Below, in pieces: positions 22,302-31,869 of a DNA stretch of 64,000 nucleotides (position 1 is the stretch's first letter; each line of letters opens with the position of its first letter). Below the pieces are notes generated by a model, which was not told where the DNA came from, made no database searches, and worked only from the letters and a program-made list of their open reading frames with translations. The stretch lies in assembly GCA_938092135.1 (NCBI GenBank), contig CALLJL010000019.1:27211-91210 (forward strand), given 5' to 3'. The position numbers and the translations under genes are program-made. The DNA is from an uncultured bacterium. Its GTDB lineage: Bacteria; Acidobacteriota; Aminicenantia; Aminicenantales; CALLJL01.

Positions 22302-23060
22302 ATGAATTATCTTTTCCTTTTAACCAATGACGATGGTTTTCATTCTCTTGGTCTTGAAGCTCTTAGGTCTTCTCTTCAGAATTTAGCTGAAATTTATGTT
22401 GTAGCTCCAGATAGAGAAAAGAGTGCCATTTCCCTAAGTCTCAGCCTCCATCGACCTCTAAGAATTCAAACTATCCATTCCCACCTTTATGTCGTTGATG
22501 GAACTCCCGCCGATTGTATTTATCTCGCTTTAAAAATAATTTTGCCCCGTCCTCCCGATCTCGTCATTTCCGGGATCAATCATGGTCCTAATCTAGGACG
22601 CCAGGACGTGGCTTACTCCGGGACGGTCGCCGCTGCTCTTCAGGCTGCCTTTCTCGGTCTTAAGAGTTTAGCTATCTCTCTTCTTCCCGATGGCCATAAT
22701 CATTTTTCTTTTATGGAAGCAGCAGCCGTTATGAAAAAGATCATTGCTTATCTCCTTGACCACCCCTTTCCAGCCGGTATAGCTCTGAATTTTAATCTCC
22801 CCCCTCCCCCCTTCAGGGGAATTAAAATTGTTCCTCTGGGAGAGAAAAAATATAATCCAGAAATCATTGAAAGCATTGATCCCCGAGGTCGTAAATATTA
22901 TTGGATTGGCTCAGGCAATCCAGAAATGGGGCCGGTAGAGGGAACTGATATTGAAGCTGTTAAGGAGGGGTTTATTGCTTTAACCCCTCTTAGGGTCAAT
23001 TTTACGGCCTCAGAATATCTTCAGCCTTCTTTTTGGCAGGGCTTGCTTAATCTCTTTTAA
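22302..23060 (+). CDS. surE: 5'/3'-nucleotidase SurE
   Basis: 252 aa, ILLTNDDGFHSLGL N-terminal motif. Confidence 0.85.
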   Translation: MNYLFLLTNDDGFHSLGLEALRSSLQNLAEIYVVAPDREKSAISLSLSLHRPLRIQTIHSHLYVVDGTPADCIYLALKIILPRPPDLVISGINHGPNLGRQDVAYSGTVAAALQAAFLGLKSLAISLLPDGHNHFSFMEAAAVMKKIIAYLLDHPFPAGIALNFNLPPPPFRGIKIVPLGEKKYNPEIIESIDPRGRKYYWIGSGNPEMGPVEGTDIEAVKEGFIALTPLRVNFTASEYLQPSFWQGLLNLF

Positions 23061-23090
23061 AATAAATTACCAATCCCATTAACGAAGTTC

Positions 23091-23753
23091 TTAATTTTTC
23101 TCTTGAAGTACGAATTTCTTCTTTCTTTTTTGTCGCCAGAATTCCTGAAGAGCAGGTATTAAGGAAATCAGAATTATAACAATTATTACCAAGCTGAAAT
23201 TTCTTTTAATAAAGGGAATATTACCGAAAAAATAGCCCCCAAATACGAACAAAGCAACCCAAAGAATACCTCCAATTACGTTGTAACTTAAAAAACGACT
23301 GTAACTCATCCGGCCGATTCCAGCCACGAAAGGAGCAAATGTCCTGATGATGGGCACAAAGCGAGCAATAATTATGGTTTCGGCCCCATATTTTTCGTAG
23401 AATTCATGGGTTCGGTCAAGATATTCCCGCCGAAAAAAACGACTTTTTTCTTTCCTAAAAACTTTTGGACCGATAAAATGGCCGATCCAGTAATTAGCGG
23501 TATCACCAAGTATAGCCGCAGCACTTAAAAGGGCAAAAAGAGCTAAAGGATTTAGGGCCCCTATAGAGGCCATAGCCCCGGCCGCAAAAAGTAAAGAATC
23601 GCCAGGTAGAAAGGGGGTGACAACAAATCCAGTTTCAAAGAAAATGATTAAAAAGAGGATAAAATAAGTCCAAAGGCCAAAATTTTGAATGACTGTACCG
23701 AGGTGCCGATCGAGATGAAGAATAAAATCAATTAAATGGCCAATAATTTCCAT
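23091..23753 (-). CDS. DedA/SNARE-associated (TVP38/TMEM64) family membrane protein
   Basis: 220 aa. The ETGFVVTPFLPGDSLLFAAGA motif is typical of DedA proteins. Confidence 0.8.
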   Translation of the reverse strand: MEIIGHLIDFILHLDRHLGTVIQNFGLWTYFILFLIIFFETGFVVTPFLPGDSLLFAAGAMASIGALNPLALFALLSAAAILGDTANYWIGHFIGPKVFRKEKSRFFRREYLDRTHEFYEKYGAETIIIARFVPIIRTFAPFVAGIGRMSYSRFLSYNVIGGILWVALFVFGGYFFGNIPFIKRNFSLVIIVIILISLIPALQEFWRQKRKKKFVLQEKN

Positions 23754-23818
23754 TTTTTCAAAACAAAGTCTTTACTTTAAATTAAAATGGTCTAGTTGTC
23801 AAAAAATATGGCTTTTTT

Positions 23819-24634
23819 TTATTTCGAAGAGGTTTTAGCTTGATAATAAAAAGGCTGGGGCAACCGATATTCAGGCACATCCAATAATAAAGCTATTTCC
23901 CTGAGCTTGATTTGGATAGCGGCTACATTATCCGGACCCATTCTGAGTAAATGCTTCTGAGCCTCGCTCAGCTCTTCAAGAAAGGGATCAACCATATAAT
24001 AATTAAAAACCCCTCTTTCGACGACTATTTCATTCTCCACAATGGGGGTCCGGAGAAGTTCTAAAATGGCCCGAATCAGGGTGGCTTCAAAATCGGCCGC
24101 CGGGTAACCTAATTCTCGATAGGCTTCCTGAAATAGAGGTTTGAGACTGCGAAATAAATTAACACAGCCCTTGGAATCGAGAGAAATGAAAACGTCCACC
24201 AAAGGATCGTAGCGTCGGTAACTAGCCTGATCAATTACCAGGCGGTCGCCCCTTTTAACCACACTGAAAGGGCCCTTAGGATAAAAGAAATCCACCTGCC
24301 TTCTGGGGCTTTGACCATTAGCAATATTATCGACAGCCGCAGTAAATTTACGAATTATGTTTTTTGTTTTAAGCCAAGTAGCGAGGCGAGGATGAGTAGA
24401 GATTTCTCTCGCAATTGTTCGGATATAATCATCGCTTTCGGCCATATTTACCGGAGCCACCTCTTCCTTTTTCTCCTCTATTACAGGCAAAGTGACTTCT
24501 TCTTTTGGCTTAACCTGAATCTTTTCTTGAGGTTCTTTTTTCTTGACCAACCAGAAATAACTGGCCAAGATAACGACAAAAAGGATAAGCAAAAGAACAA
24601 GAGCATTGCGCCAGACTTTCATTGTCTCTTCCAT
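23819..24634 (-). CDS. Membrane-anchored hypothetical protein, possibly DUF3014-like
   Basis: 271 aa with an N-terminal TM helix, a K/E-rich linker and a conserved-looking globular domain. Its start overlaps the DUF4097 gene end by 16 nt, so it looks co-transcribed with the pst operon. Confidence 0.45.
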   Translation of the reverse strand: MEETMKVWRNALVLLLILFVVILASYFWLVKKKEPQEKIQVKPKEEVTLPVIEEKKEEVAPVNMAESDDYIRTIAREISTHPRLATWLKTKNIIRKFTAAVDNIANGQSPRRQVDFFYPKGPFSVVKRGDRLVIDQASYRRYDPLVDVFISLDSKGCVNLFRSLKPLFQEAYRELGYPAADFEATLIRAILELLRTPIVENEIVVERGVFNYYMVDPFLEELSEAQKHLLRMGPDNVAAIQIKLREIALLLDVPEYRLPQPFYYQAKTSSK

Positions 24635-25518
24635 TTTACCCCCTCTTTAACTTTTTTTACCCTAATATCCCCTTTCATCGATCTTAAAACTATTCTTGCC
24701 TTTCCTTCATTTAGAGTAGTAACCACAAAATTACTCGAAGTATCTTCGATGGGAAAATCAAAAGTGAGGCGACCATTTATGGCCTCAGCTTCTATGCTGG
24801 CTGCAGCCTCCGGCTCCAAGAAAAGGGTAATATCGCCTTCTTTGGTTATAAGAGTGATTTCATCATTCTCTCTCAAATCAAGGACTTCAACCTCAATATC
24901 TCCAACCGCCACCGAAGCTTCAAGAGAACCTGAAAAATTATTAATTTCCAGGTTGCCTTTTTCCAGATTTATTTTGGCTGAACCATATAAATCCCGAATA
25001 GAAAGGTTTCCTTCTTTCAAATTGATAAATCCAAGGTTAATATTTCTGGGAACATTCATCTCGATCTTTACCGGAAATAGAGTCTGCTTTCGGCCTTCAA
25101 TTTTAATCTTTAAGTCCGATTTAAGAATCTCCGTCTTGACCTGAGGGATTGATTGGCGCCAGTTGGTGACCGTTATCCCCCGTCGATAAAAAGGCAAACT
25201 TTGAGAAGCCACCAGCCTGACTTCTTCTTTCTTTTGTCCAATTATTTCCAACTCGACTTCAATGTCTTCAACCTCCAAGTCAATTCTTCCGCCTGAGGAA
25301 AGGGGATAACGATGATCAAAAAAGACTTGACCGGGCCAGTGGGAGCCTGCAGAGTAATAGGGAACGTAAATTAAAGCGCAGGAGGTAAAAAAAATAAAAG
25401 AAAAAATAATAATTGTAACCCGCATGATCAAGATCTTTTTCTTATCTTTATTTATTTTATTTAATTTTGCCCTTTTTGAACAGTCTTTTATAGGAAAAAA
25501 ATGGAGGAATTTAACCAT
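24619..25518 (-). CDS. DUF4097-family beta-strand repeat protein (LiaF/YvqF C-domain-like putative adhesin)
   Basis: 299 aa with an N-terminal TM helix. The repeats [39 protein letters not shown] and GDIRVKKV are characteristic of DUF4097. Its start at 25518 overlaps the pstB stop at 25511. Confidence 0.6.
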   Translation of the reverse strand: MVKFLHFFPIKDCSKRAKLNKINKDKKKILIMRVTIIIFSFIFFTSCALIYVPYYSAGSHWPGQVFFDHRYPLSSGGRIDLEVEDIEVELEIIGQKKEEVRLVASQSLPFYRRGITVTNWRQSIPQVKTEILKSDLKIKIEGRKQTLFPVKIEMNVPRNINLGFINLKEGNLSIRDLYGSAKINLEKGNLEINNFSGSLEASVAVGDIEVEVLDLRENDEITLITKEGDITLFLEPEAAASIEAEAINGRLTFDFPIEDTSSNFVVTTLNEGKARIVLRSMKGDIRVKKVKEGVKWKRQ

Positions 25519-26263
25519 ATCGGCCGGTTATATATTCTTCAGTTCGCCTATCAGCCGGAGCTGTAAAAATTTGTTCAGTTTCACCAAACTCAATCAATTC
25601 TCCCAAAAGAAAATAACCAGTAAAGTCCGACACCCTAGCTGCCTGCTGCATATTATGGGTAACAATGACAATAGTATATTGCTTTTTCAAATCAAACATC
25701 AATTCTTCAATTCGAGCGGTGGCGATTGGATCAAGGGCTGAACAGGGTTCATCCATCAGCAGAATCTCTGGTTCCACAGCCAAAACACGGGCCAGGCAGA
25801 GTCGCTGCTGCTGTTCCAAGGAAAGAGAAAGGGCATTTTTCCTTAAATGATCCTTAAGTTCATCCCAGAGTTGAACGGCTTCAAGGCTTCTCACCAGTCT
25901 TTCCTCCATGAGTTTTCGATCATTTATTCCATGAACCTTAAGTCCATAGAGAATATTGGCTTCAATGCTCAACGGAAAAGGATTGGGGCGCTGAAAGACC
26001 ATGCCAACGCGGCGTCTGAGTTCCAGTAGATCAATATCTTCTCGATAGATATCAACACCATCTATAATTACCTCCCCTACAATTCGAGCCTCATCGATAA
26101 GATCGTTCATTCGATTCAAACAACGAAGAAATGTGGTCTTGCCACAACCGGAAGGTCCGATAAGAGCTGTTATTTTCTGCTTATTTATTTTCATACTGAC
26201 ATCTTTTAGGGCCTGAAATTGTCCATAAAATACTGAAAGTTTATTAACTTCAATGGCAATCAT
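25511..26263 (-). CDS. pstB: Phosphate ABC transporter ATP-binding protein PstB (copy 2)
   Basis: 250 aa with a [20 protein letters not shown] Walker A, LSGGQQQRL-type signature [13 protein letters not shown] and a PstB-specific C-terminus. Confidence 0.9.
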   Translation of the reverse strand: MIAIEVNKLSVFYGQFQALKDVSMKINKQKITALIGPSGCGKTTFLRCLNRMNDLIDEARIVGEVIIDGVDIYREDIDLLELRRRVGMVFQRPNPFPLSIEANILYGLKVHGINDRKLMEERLVRSLEAVQLWDELKDHLRKNALSLSLEQQQRLCLARVLAVEPEILLMDEPCSALDPIATARIEELMFDLKKQYTIVIVTHNMQQAARVSDFTGYFLLGELIEFGETEQIFTAPADRRTEEYITGRYG

Positions 26264-26266
26264 GAT

Positions 26267-27031
26267 TTATCCAAATCGTCCTGAAATATAATCATTTGTT
26301 CGCCTGTCTCGCGGCGCAGTAAAAAGCCTATCTGTTCGGTCGATTTCGATGAGTTCTCCCGAAAGAAAGAAGGCAGTCCGATCAGATACCCGAGCGGCCT
26401 GCTTGGTATTATTGGTCACAAGAATAATCGTATAGTTATTTTTCAGCTCCATGAGAGATTCTTCAATTTTCATCGTAGAAACTGGATCAAGACCGGAGCA
26501 AGGTTCATCAAGAAGAATGAATTCTGGCCGCATAGCCAAGACGCGGGCTATACAAAGGCGCTGTTGTTGACCTCCGGAAAGTTTGAGGGCACTTGAATGA
26601 AGCCGGTCTTTGACTTCATTCCAGAGAGCAACTTTCTGCAGGGAATCGATCACTCGGCTTTCAATTAATTTTTTATCCTTCACTCCAGCCATTCTCAAAC
26701 CAAAGGCAACATTTTCGAAAATAGATCTAGGCAGCGGCACAGGTAAAGCAAAAACCATTCCCACCTTTCGTCTGAGCTCAGTAATATTAACTTCGGGGAA
26801 ATAAATATTCTGGCCATTTATTTCAATGGTACCTTCAATCTTTGTTTCCGCCCTAATTTCATTCATCCGGTTTAGACAACGAAGAAAACTTGATTTGCCA
26901 CTTCCAGCCGGACCAATGATGCTGAGAATTTCATTTTTAAAGACTTCAAAATTAAGATTTTTAAGAATTTGAGAAGAGCCGACATAGTAACTGAAATCTT
27001 TAACTTTAATGACTACTTCTTTTCCCATCAT
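26267..27031 (-). CDS. pstB: Phosphate ABC transporter ATP-binding protein PstB (copy 1)
   Basis: 254 aa with [20 protein letters not shown] and LSGGQQQRLCIARVLA motifs. Confidence 0.9.
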   Translation of the reverse strand: MMGKEVVIKVKDFSYYVGSSQILKNLNFEVFKNEILSIIGPAGSGKSSFLRCLNRMNEIRAETKIEGTIEINGQNIYFPEVNITELRRKVGMVFALPVPLPRSIFENVAFGLRMAGVKDKKLIESRVIDSLQKVALWNEVKDRLHSSALKLSGGQQQRLCIARVLAMRPEFILLDEPCSGLDPVSTMKIEESLMELKNNYTIILVTNNTKQAARVSDRTAFFLSGELIEIDRTDRLFTAPRDRRTNDYISGRFG

Positions 27032-27870
27032 GTATATTTCCTCAAGAACCGGTTCATCAAATAGTAGGTAATTACATTTATCAGAAGAATGGAGATGATT
27101 AAAACAGCAGCTGTGCCATAGGCTTTGGATAAAGAAATACCTTCCCGGGCTAGAATATAAAAATGGACCGACATTGTTCGAGTAGAAGAGAAAAGAGAGG
27201 TGGGCAGACGGAGGGCAGAGCCAGCGGTAAAAATTACTGCCGCTGTCTCACCAATACTTCGGCCTATACTTAAAATCACTCCAGTAGATATGCCTGGCAA
27301 AGCCGAGGGCAGGACAACGCGACTCACAGTCTGCCATTTAGTGCCACCTAAGGAGAAACTTACTTCGCGGTAGGCCTGAGGCACAAACTTAATGGCTTCT
27401 TCACTTGTCCGAATTATCGTAGGAAGGACCATAAAGGCTAAAGTTAAACTGCCACTTAAAATTGACCACCCGAATTTTAATTTGGTCACAAAAAGAATAA
27501 AACCAAAAAGGCCAAAAATGATCGAAGGAATGCCAGCCAGACATTCAGAGCCAAAGCGAATGATTCTCGTCAGGGATCCTTCAACAGTGTATTCAGTTAA
27601 AAAAATAGCTGTCCCCACACCAAGCGGTGTCGCAATCACCAGAGCCAAAATAATTAAAACGATGGTTCCAATGATGGTGGAAAAAATTCCGCCTTCTTTT
27701 CCCGTTTCAATGGGATTTTGGGTTAGAAATTTCCAGCTAATTACAGGCAAGCCATGCCTTAGGATAAAAAAGATAATAAAAGCAAGGATAAAAAGACTTA
27801 AAGCCGTCAAGCCAAAAAGTAACCGGCGAACAATAGCCTGTTCTTTCCGCGGTGAAAGACGCAAACTCAT
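27028..27870 (-). CDS. pstA: Phosphate ABC transporter permease PstA
   Basis: 280 aa, 6-TM permease with an EAA-like loop; start/stop overlaps with the neighbouring genes. Confidence 0.85.
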   Translation of the reverse strand: MSLRLSPRKEQAIVRRLLFGLTALSLFILAFIIFFILRHGLPVISWKFLTQNPIETGKEGGIFSTIIGTIVLIILALVIATPLGVGTAIFLTEYTVEGSLTRIIRFGSECLAGIPSIIFGLFGFILFVTKLKFGWSILSGSLTLAFMVLPTIIRTSEEAIKFVPQAYREVSFSLGGTKWQTVSRVVLPSALPGISTGVILSIGRSIGETAAVIFTAGSALRLPTSLFSSTRTMSVHFYILAREGISLSKAYGTAAVLIISILLINVITYYLMNRFLRKYT

Positions 27871-28742
27871 CGGGACATCTTTCTTGAGGTCAAGTTGGCT
27901 ACTGTATTTAAAACCATAATGATTATAAAGAGGATAACCCCGGTAGCGAAAAGAGCTTGGCGATGCTCGCCACTGGCATAACCCATTTCAAGAGCAATAT
28001 TAGAGGTAAGAGTTCTAACTGGATCCAGAATCGTGCGAGGTAAAGAAGTGGCATTACCGGCAATCATGATGACCGCCATCGTCTCCCCTACCGCCCGGCC
28101 CATTCCTAAAATAATACTAGCAATAATGCCTGACCTGGCCGCAGGAAGCAGGACCATCCGGGTTGTTTGCCATTCGGTAGCACCAAGGGCAATGGAACCT
28201 TCTCGATAAGCTGGAGGCAGAGCCATAAGGGAATCAATGGAAATACTTAAAATAGTGGGCAAAATCATTATTCCCAAAATAATAGAGGCAGTCAGAACAG
28301 AGAAGCCCGGGCCGCCAAAGTTTTCGCGAACAAAAGGAACAAGAATCACAACTCCAATAAAGCCATAAACAACTGAAGGAATACCAGCCAAAAGCTCAAT
28401 CATCGGCTTGACTACCATCCTGACTTTTTTGGAGCTGAATTGAGTTAGATAGATGGCGCCAGCCAGACCAAGGGGAACACCAATAATCATTGCGCCGACG
28501 GTAACCATAAGGGAACCAATTATCATGGGAAGGAGACCGAAATGGCCTTCAGTGGGATACCAGTCAAGACTAAAAAGAAATTTCTTAAAACCATGGCGAA
28601 ACATAATGGGCAGGCCTTCAGTAAAAATAAAGACCGAAATTAAAGCCAGAATAGAAATAGCTGAGAGAGCTGTGGCTAAAAGAAAGAGTCGGATCAATTT
28701 CTCTTTACTTTCAGTACCCTTCATCGTAGTTCTATTGCCCAA
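27867..28742 (-). CDS. pstC: Phosphate ABC transporter permease PstC
   Basis: 291 aa permease, ordered between pstS and pstA. Confidence 0.85.
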   Translation of the reverse strand: MGNRTTMKGTESKEKLIRLFLLATALSAISILALISVFIFTEGLPIMFRHGFKKFLFSLDWYPTEGHFGLLPMIIGSLMVTVGAMIIGVPLGLAGAIYLTQFSSKKVRMVVKPMIELLAGIPSVVYGFIGVVILVPFVRENFGGPGFSVLTASIILGIMILPTILSISIDSLMALPPAYREGSIALGATEWQTTRMVLLPAARSGIIASIILGMGRAVGETMAVIMIAGNATSLPRTILDPVRTLTSNIALEMGYASGEHRQALFATGVILFIIIMVLNTVANLTSRKMSR

Positions 28743-29610
28743 CTTTTGCCTCGGTCATTACTAAATTCGCCGGGATTAATCCCTGTCGCTTAATTAATTC
28801 CTGCCCTTCTGAGGAAAGAATAAATTGAATAAAATCATGGGTCTCATCTGTTGGGGGTCCATTGGTAACAAGAATAAAAGGCCGAACAAGCCGGTAACGA
28901 CGGCTCATTATATTCTCTAGAGAAGGTTCAATTCCGTCAAGCTTTATCGCTTTAACCCTTTTCTCGACCAAACCAAGGGAAATATAACCAATAGCGTAGG
29001 GATTACCAGCTACCACTTCCCTCACGGTGCCATTGGAATCTTGAACGATTGACTTTTTCGTAATTCGCTCCTTTCCCATGACCATTTCTTGAAAAGCACC
29101 TCTCGTTCCTGAACCTTCTTCTCGGGTAACTACATGGATATTATGGTCTGGTCCACCAACCTCCTTCCAAGAAACAATCTGGCCAGCAAAAATTTTTCTC
29201 ACTTCTTCTAGGGACAGATCTTCAATTGGATTTGAAGGATGAATAATAATTGCCAAACCATCCCAAGCCACAATAAATTCCTGAAGGACCTTTTCCTGGG
29301 GCTTTAGCTCTCGAGAACTCATGCCAATTTGAGCTGCCCCGGTCATTGCCGCCTGAATACCAGCACTTGATCCCCCTCCCTGAACATTGATTAATCTACC
29401 TGGATACTTGGCCATAAAAACTTCAGCCCATTGATCAGCAAAGGGCTGAATACTCGTTGAACCGGCGATAGTTATGCCTTTTTGAGCAGGCTTAAGAGAA
29501 CAGGAAGAAAAAATAAACAGAGTGAAAAAAAAGAGGGGAAAAAAGGAAAAAATATTAAAGCTGGAAAAGAATTCAGCCTTTTCTTTAAAAGTTCGGCCCT
29601 TACTTTTCAT
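28732..29610 (-). CDS. pstS: Phosphate-binding lipoprotein PstS
   Basis: 292 aa, with a lipoprotein signal (FSSCS) and a PBP fold including the GSGT and GAGSSAG phosphate-binding signatures. Confidence 0.85.
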   Translation of the reverse strand: MKSKGRTFKEKAEFFSSFNIFSFFPLFFFTLFIFSSCSLKPAQKGITIAGSTSIQPFADQWAEVFMAKYPGRLINVQGGGSSAGIQAAMTGAAQIGMSSRELKPQEKVLQEFIVAWDGLAIIIHPSNPIEDLSLEEVRKIFAGQIVSWKEVGGPDHNIHVVTREEGSGTRGAFQEMVMGKERITKKSIVQDSNGTVREVVAGNPYAIGYISLGLVEKRVKAIKLDGIEPSLENIMSRRYRLVRPFILVTNGPPTDETHDFIQFILSSEGQELIKRQGLIPANLVMTEAKVGQ

Positions 29611-29666
29611 CCAAAAATTAACCTTTCTTAGATATCGCTATTTAGTCCAGACAGCTCAATCATTTA

Positions 29667-29696
29667 GATATATCCTAGCCTAGATTAACGTGTCAA
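29667..29696 (-). promoter_or_regulatory. Sigma70-like promoter for the pst operon, TTGACA-N18-TATATC read on the minus strand
   Basis: The reverse complement of 29691-96 is TTGACA and that of 29667-72 is TATATC. The promoter sits about 55 nt upstream of the pstS ATG, and its -35 overlaps the stop codon of the upstream ABC-F gene. Confidence 0.45.
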
Positions 29697-31606
29697 TCAG
29701 ATGAAATCGATGAAGAAGATGATGATGTTTTTGTCTTGACTGTCGTCTCCAGGGAAAGATCGAGTTCCCTTAATTTGTTTTCAAATTCAGCTTTTTTGGC
29801 TTCATAGATTTTTAGCCACTTATCCATTTCCTCCCACAGCGAATCAATCTCCTTTTTTAGGGATCTCCATTTTTTAGTTAGCTCGCCGATTTCCTGTCCC
29901 TTTCCTTGTCTTGAGGCCTCAATAATCGCCTCCTTCAGACTCTGAATTTCGGCCTCACCTTTCTCGATTCTTTTCTCAAGCTCACTAATCTTTTCTTCTA
30001 TCGGTTTGAGGGCGACTGATTTAGCGACAATAATTTCCGAACGAAGCCGTCGCCATAGTTTGCGGGATAGAATAGGTTTCTCCACCCTTTCTTCCTGTTT
30101 TAAGGAAGCCTTAAGCTCCTTTTCCTCTTCCCACCCAACTTTTTCCAGAAAATGATTATAATCCATTTCATAGACTGTAATCCGGCCACCTTGAAAAACC
30201 ACAAGCCTTTCCGCCAGAGCCCGAAGAATCATCTCATTATGGGTCACCATTACTACGGCACCCTCAAAATTATCCAGCGCGGTCAGAAGAGCATCGCAGG
30301 ATTCAAGGTCAAGATGATTGGTGGGCTCATCGAGGATTAATAAATTAACTGGCCTAGCAAGTATTTTAGCTAATAAGACCCGACTTTTTTCACCCCCTGA
30401 AAGTACAGCAATCTTTTTAAGAGCTTTATCGCCCTCAAACATCATGGTTCCACATATTTGCCTGGCTCGCTGGGGATCGCCCTGGGGATCAGCGGCCATA
30501 ACCTCCTCAAGAACAGTTCTCTCCTCATTCAAAGTGGCCAAACCCGATTGTTCATAAAGGCCAAGGCTGACCTTTGGAGGAATATTTACTTCCCCCTTTT
30601 GAGGCTTGATTAATCCAGCCATTAACTTGACGAGAGTAGTTTTCCCATAGCCATTAGGTCCGATAATAAAAACCCGATCCCGAGGGCCGACGGTCAGAGA
30701 AAAATTCTGGATTAATGGTTTCCCTGGCTCATAGCCAAACGTAACCTCATTCAAACTAAGAACATATTTGCCAAAATAAGGCTCATAACGAAAGGAAAAA
30801 TCAAGGGTTTCCAGCTTCTCCAGTTTCTCCTTCTTTTCCATTTTAGCTAAGGTTTTAATCCTCGATTGAACGAGATTGGCCAGCCTGGCCTTAGCCCGGA
30901 AGCGATTGATAAAAATTTCCATTTCCTTGCGTTTGCGCTCATCGTTAATTCTTGTTTTTTCATAGGTTTCTTCTTCCAAAGCAATTTGCTGATAATATTT
31001 TTCAGTATTCCCCTTTATTTTTTTTACTTTGCGCCGATGAATTCCGAGGATGTCAGTAACCACCGTATCCATAAAATGCCGGTCATGGGTAATGAGCATG
31101 AGTTCTCCTGGCCATTCAAGAAGATAACGGGCTAGCCAGCGAAGGGAGGTAATATCAAGATAATTATTGGGTTCATCAAGGAGAAGTAAATCATAGGGCG
31201 CTAATAATGCCCTGGCCAGATTCAATCTGACCTGAAAACCTCCAGACAAAGCAGAAGGAGGAAGGGCGAAATCTTTTGTTTTAAAGCCTAGCCCAGCTAA
31301 AACCTTTTCCACTTGCCAAGTTTCATCTGCCTCTTCAGGTCGCCTAAAACGAGCCGCTTCTTCAAAAACTGTGGCCGCTTCAAAGCGCGGTTCCTGTTCG
31401 ACATAGCCGATTAAATATTTTTTGGGCCGGATAATCTGGCCCCGATCAGGTTCTTCAAGACCGGCAATTAAGCGGAAAAGAGTTGTCTTACCATGACCGT
31501 TTCGACCAACAACTCCTATTCTTTCCCGGCGATTTATCTTGAAAGAAATGCCTTCAAAAAGAACCTGGCGGCCATAGCTTTTCCAAACATCTTCAACGAC
31601 AATCAT
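29693..31606 (-). CDS. ABC-F family ATPase (Uup/EttA-like; two ABC domains, C-terminal coiled coil and poly-Ser tail)
   Basis: 637 aa with two Walker A sites (GRNGHGKTT; GPNGYGKTT), two LSGG signatures and no TM domain. The C-terminal 100 aa form a coiled coil ending in SSSSSSISSD. Confidence 0.85.
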   Translation of the reverse strand: MIVVEDVWKSYGRQVLFEGISFKINRRERIGVVGRNGHGKTTLFRLIAGLEEPDRGQIIRPKKYLIGYVEQEPRFEAATVFEEAARFRRPEEADETWQVEKVLAGLGFKTKDFALPPSALSGGFQVRLNLARALLAPYDLLLLDEPNNYLDITSLRWLARYLLEWPGELMLITHDRHFMDTVVTDILGIHRRKVKKIKGNTEKYYQQIALEEETYEKTRINDERKRKEMEIFINRFRAKARLANLVQSRIKTLAKMEKKEKLEKLETLDFSFRYEPYFGKYVLSLNEVTFGYEPGKPLIQNFSLTVGPRDRVFIIGPNGYGKTTLVKLMAGLIKPQKGEVNIPPKVSLGLYEQSGLATLNEERTVLEEVMAADPQGDPQRARQICGTMMFEGDKALKKIAVLSGGEKSRVLLAKILARPVNLLILDEPTNHLDLESCDALLTALDNFEGAVVMVTHNEMILRALAERLVVFQGGRITVYEMDYNHFLEKVGWEEEKELKASLKQEERVEKPILSRKLWRRLRSEIIVAKSVALKPIEEKISELEKRIEKGEAEIQSLKEAIIEASRQGKGQEIGELTKKWRSLKKEIDSLWEEMDKWLKIYEAKKAEFENKLRELDLSLETTVKTKTSSSSSSISSD

Positions 31607-31869
31607 CGGCTCTTTTGTTTACTCTGTAAAATTAATTAGAAAGAAATTATAGCAAATCTAACACTTAAGCTTAACCAACAAAATCTAAGTAGATTTAGAG
31701 AAAAATTCAGCAAAAAAGATTATTCTTCTGAAAAAACTTTGATTCAGACAAGGTTCGGTTTAGTTAATTTACTTCAAGTTGAGTCTTATCAATTTGCTCT
31801 AAAAATGATTATCGTTTATAATAAAAATAATTTCCTTTAAGAGGGGTCAATAGAATTAAGGTCTCAACC

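Noticed and set aside
22100-22310. Integrative mobile element at tRNA-Pro(GGG)
   Set aside because: There is no integrase, no recognisable direct repeat of the tRNA 3' end, and the downstream genes (surE, dedA, pst) are core functions.
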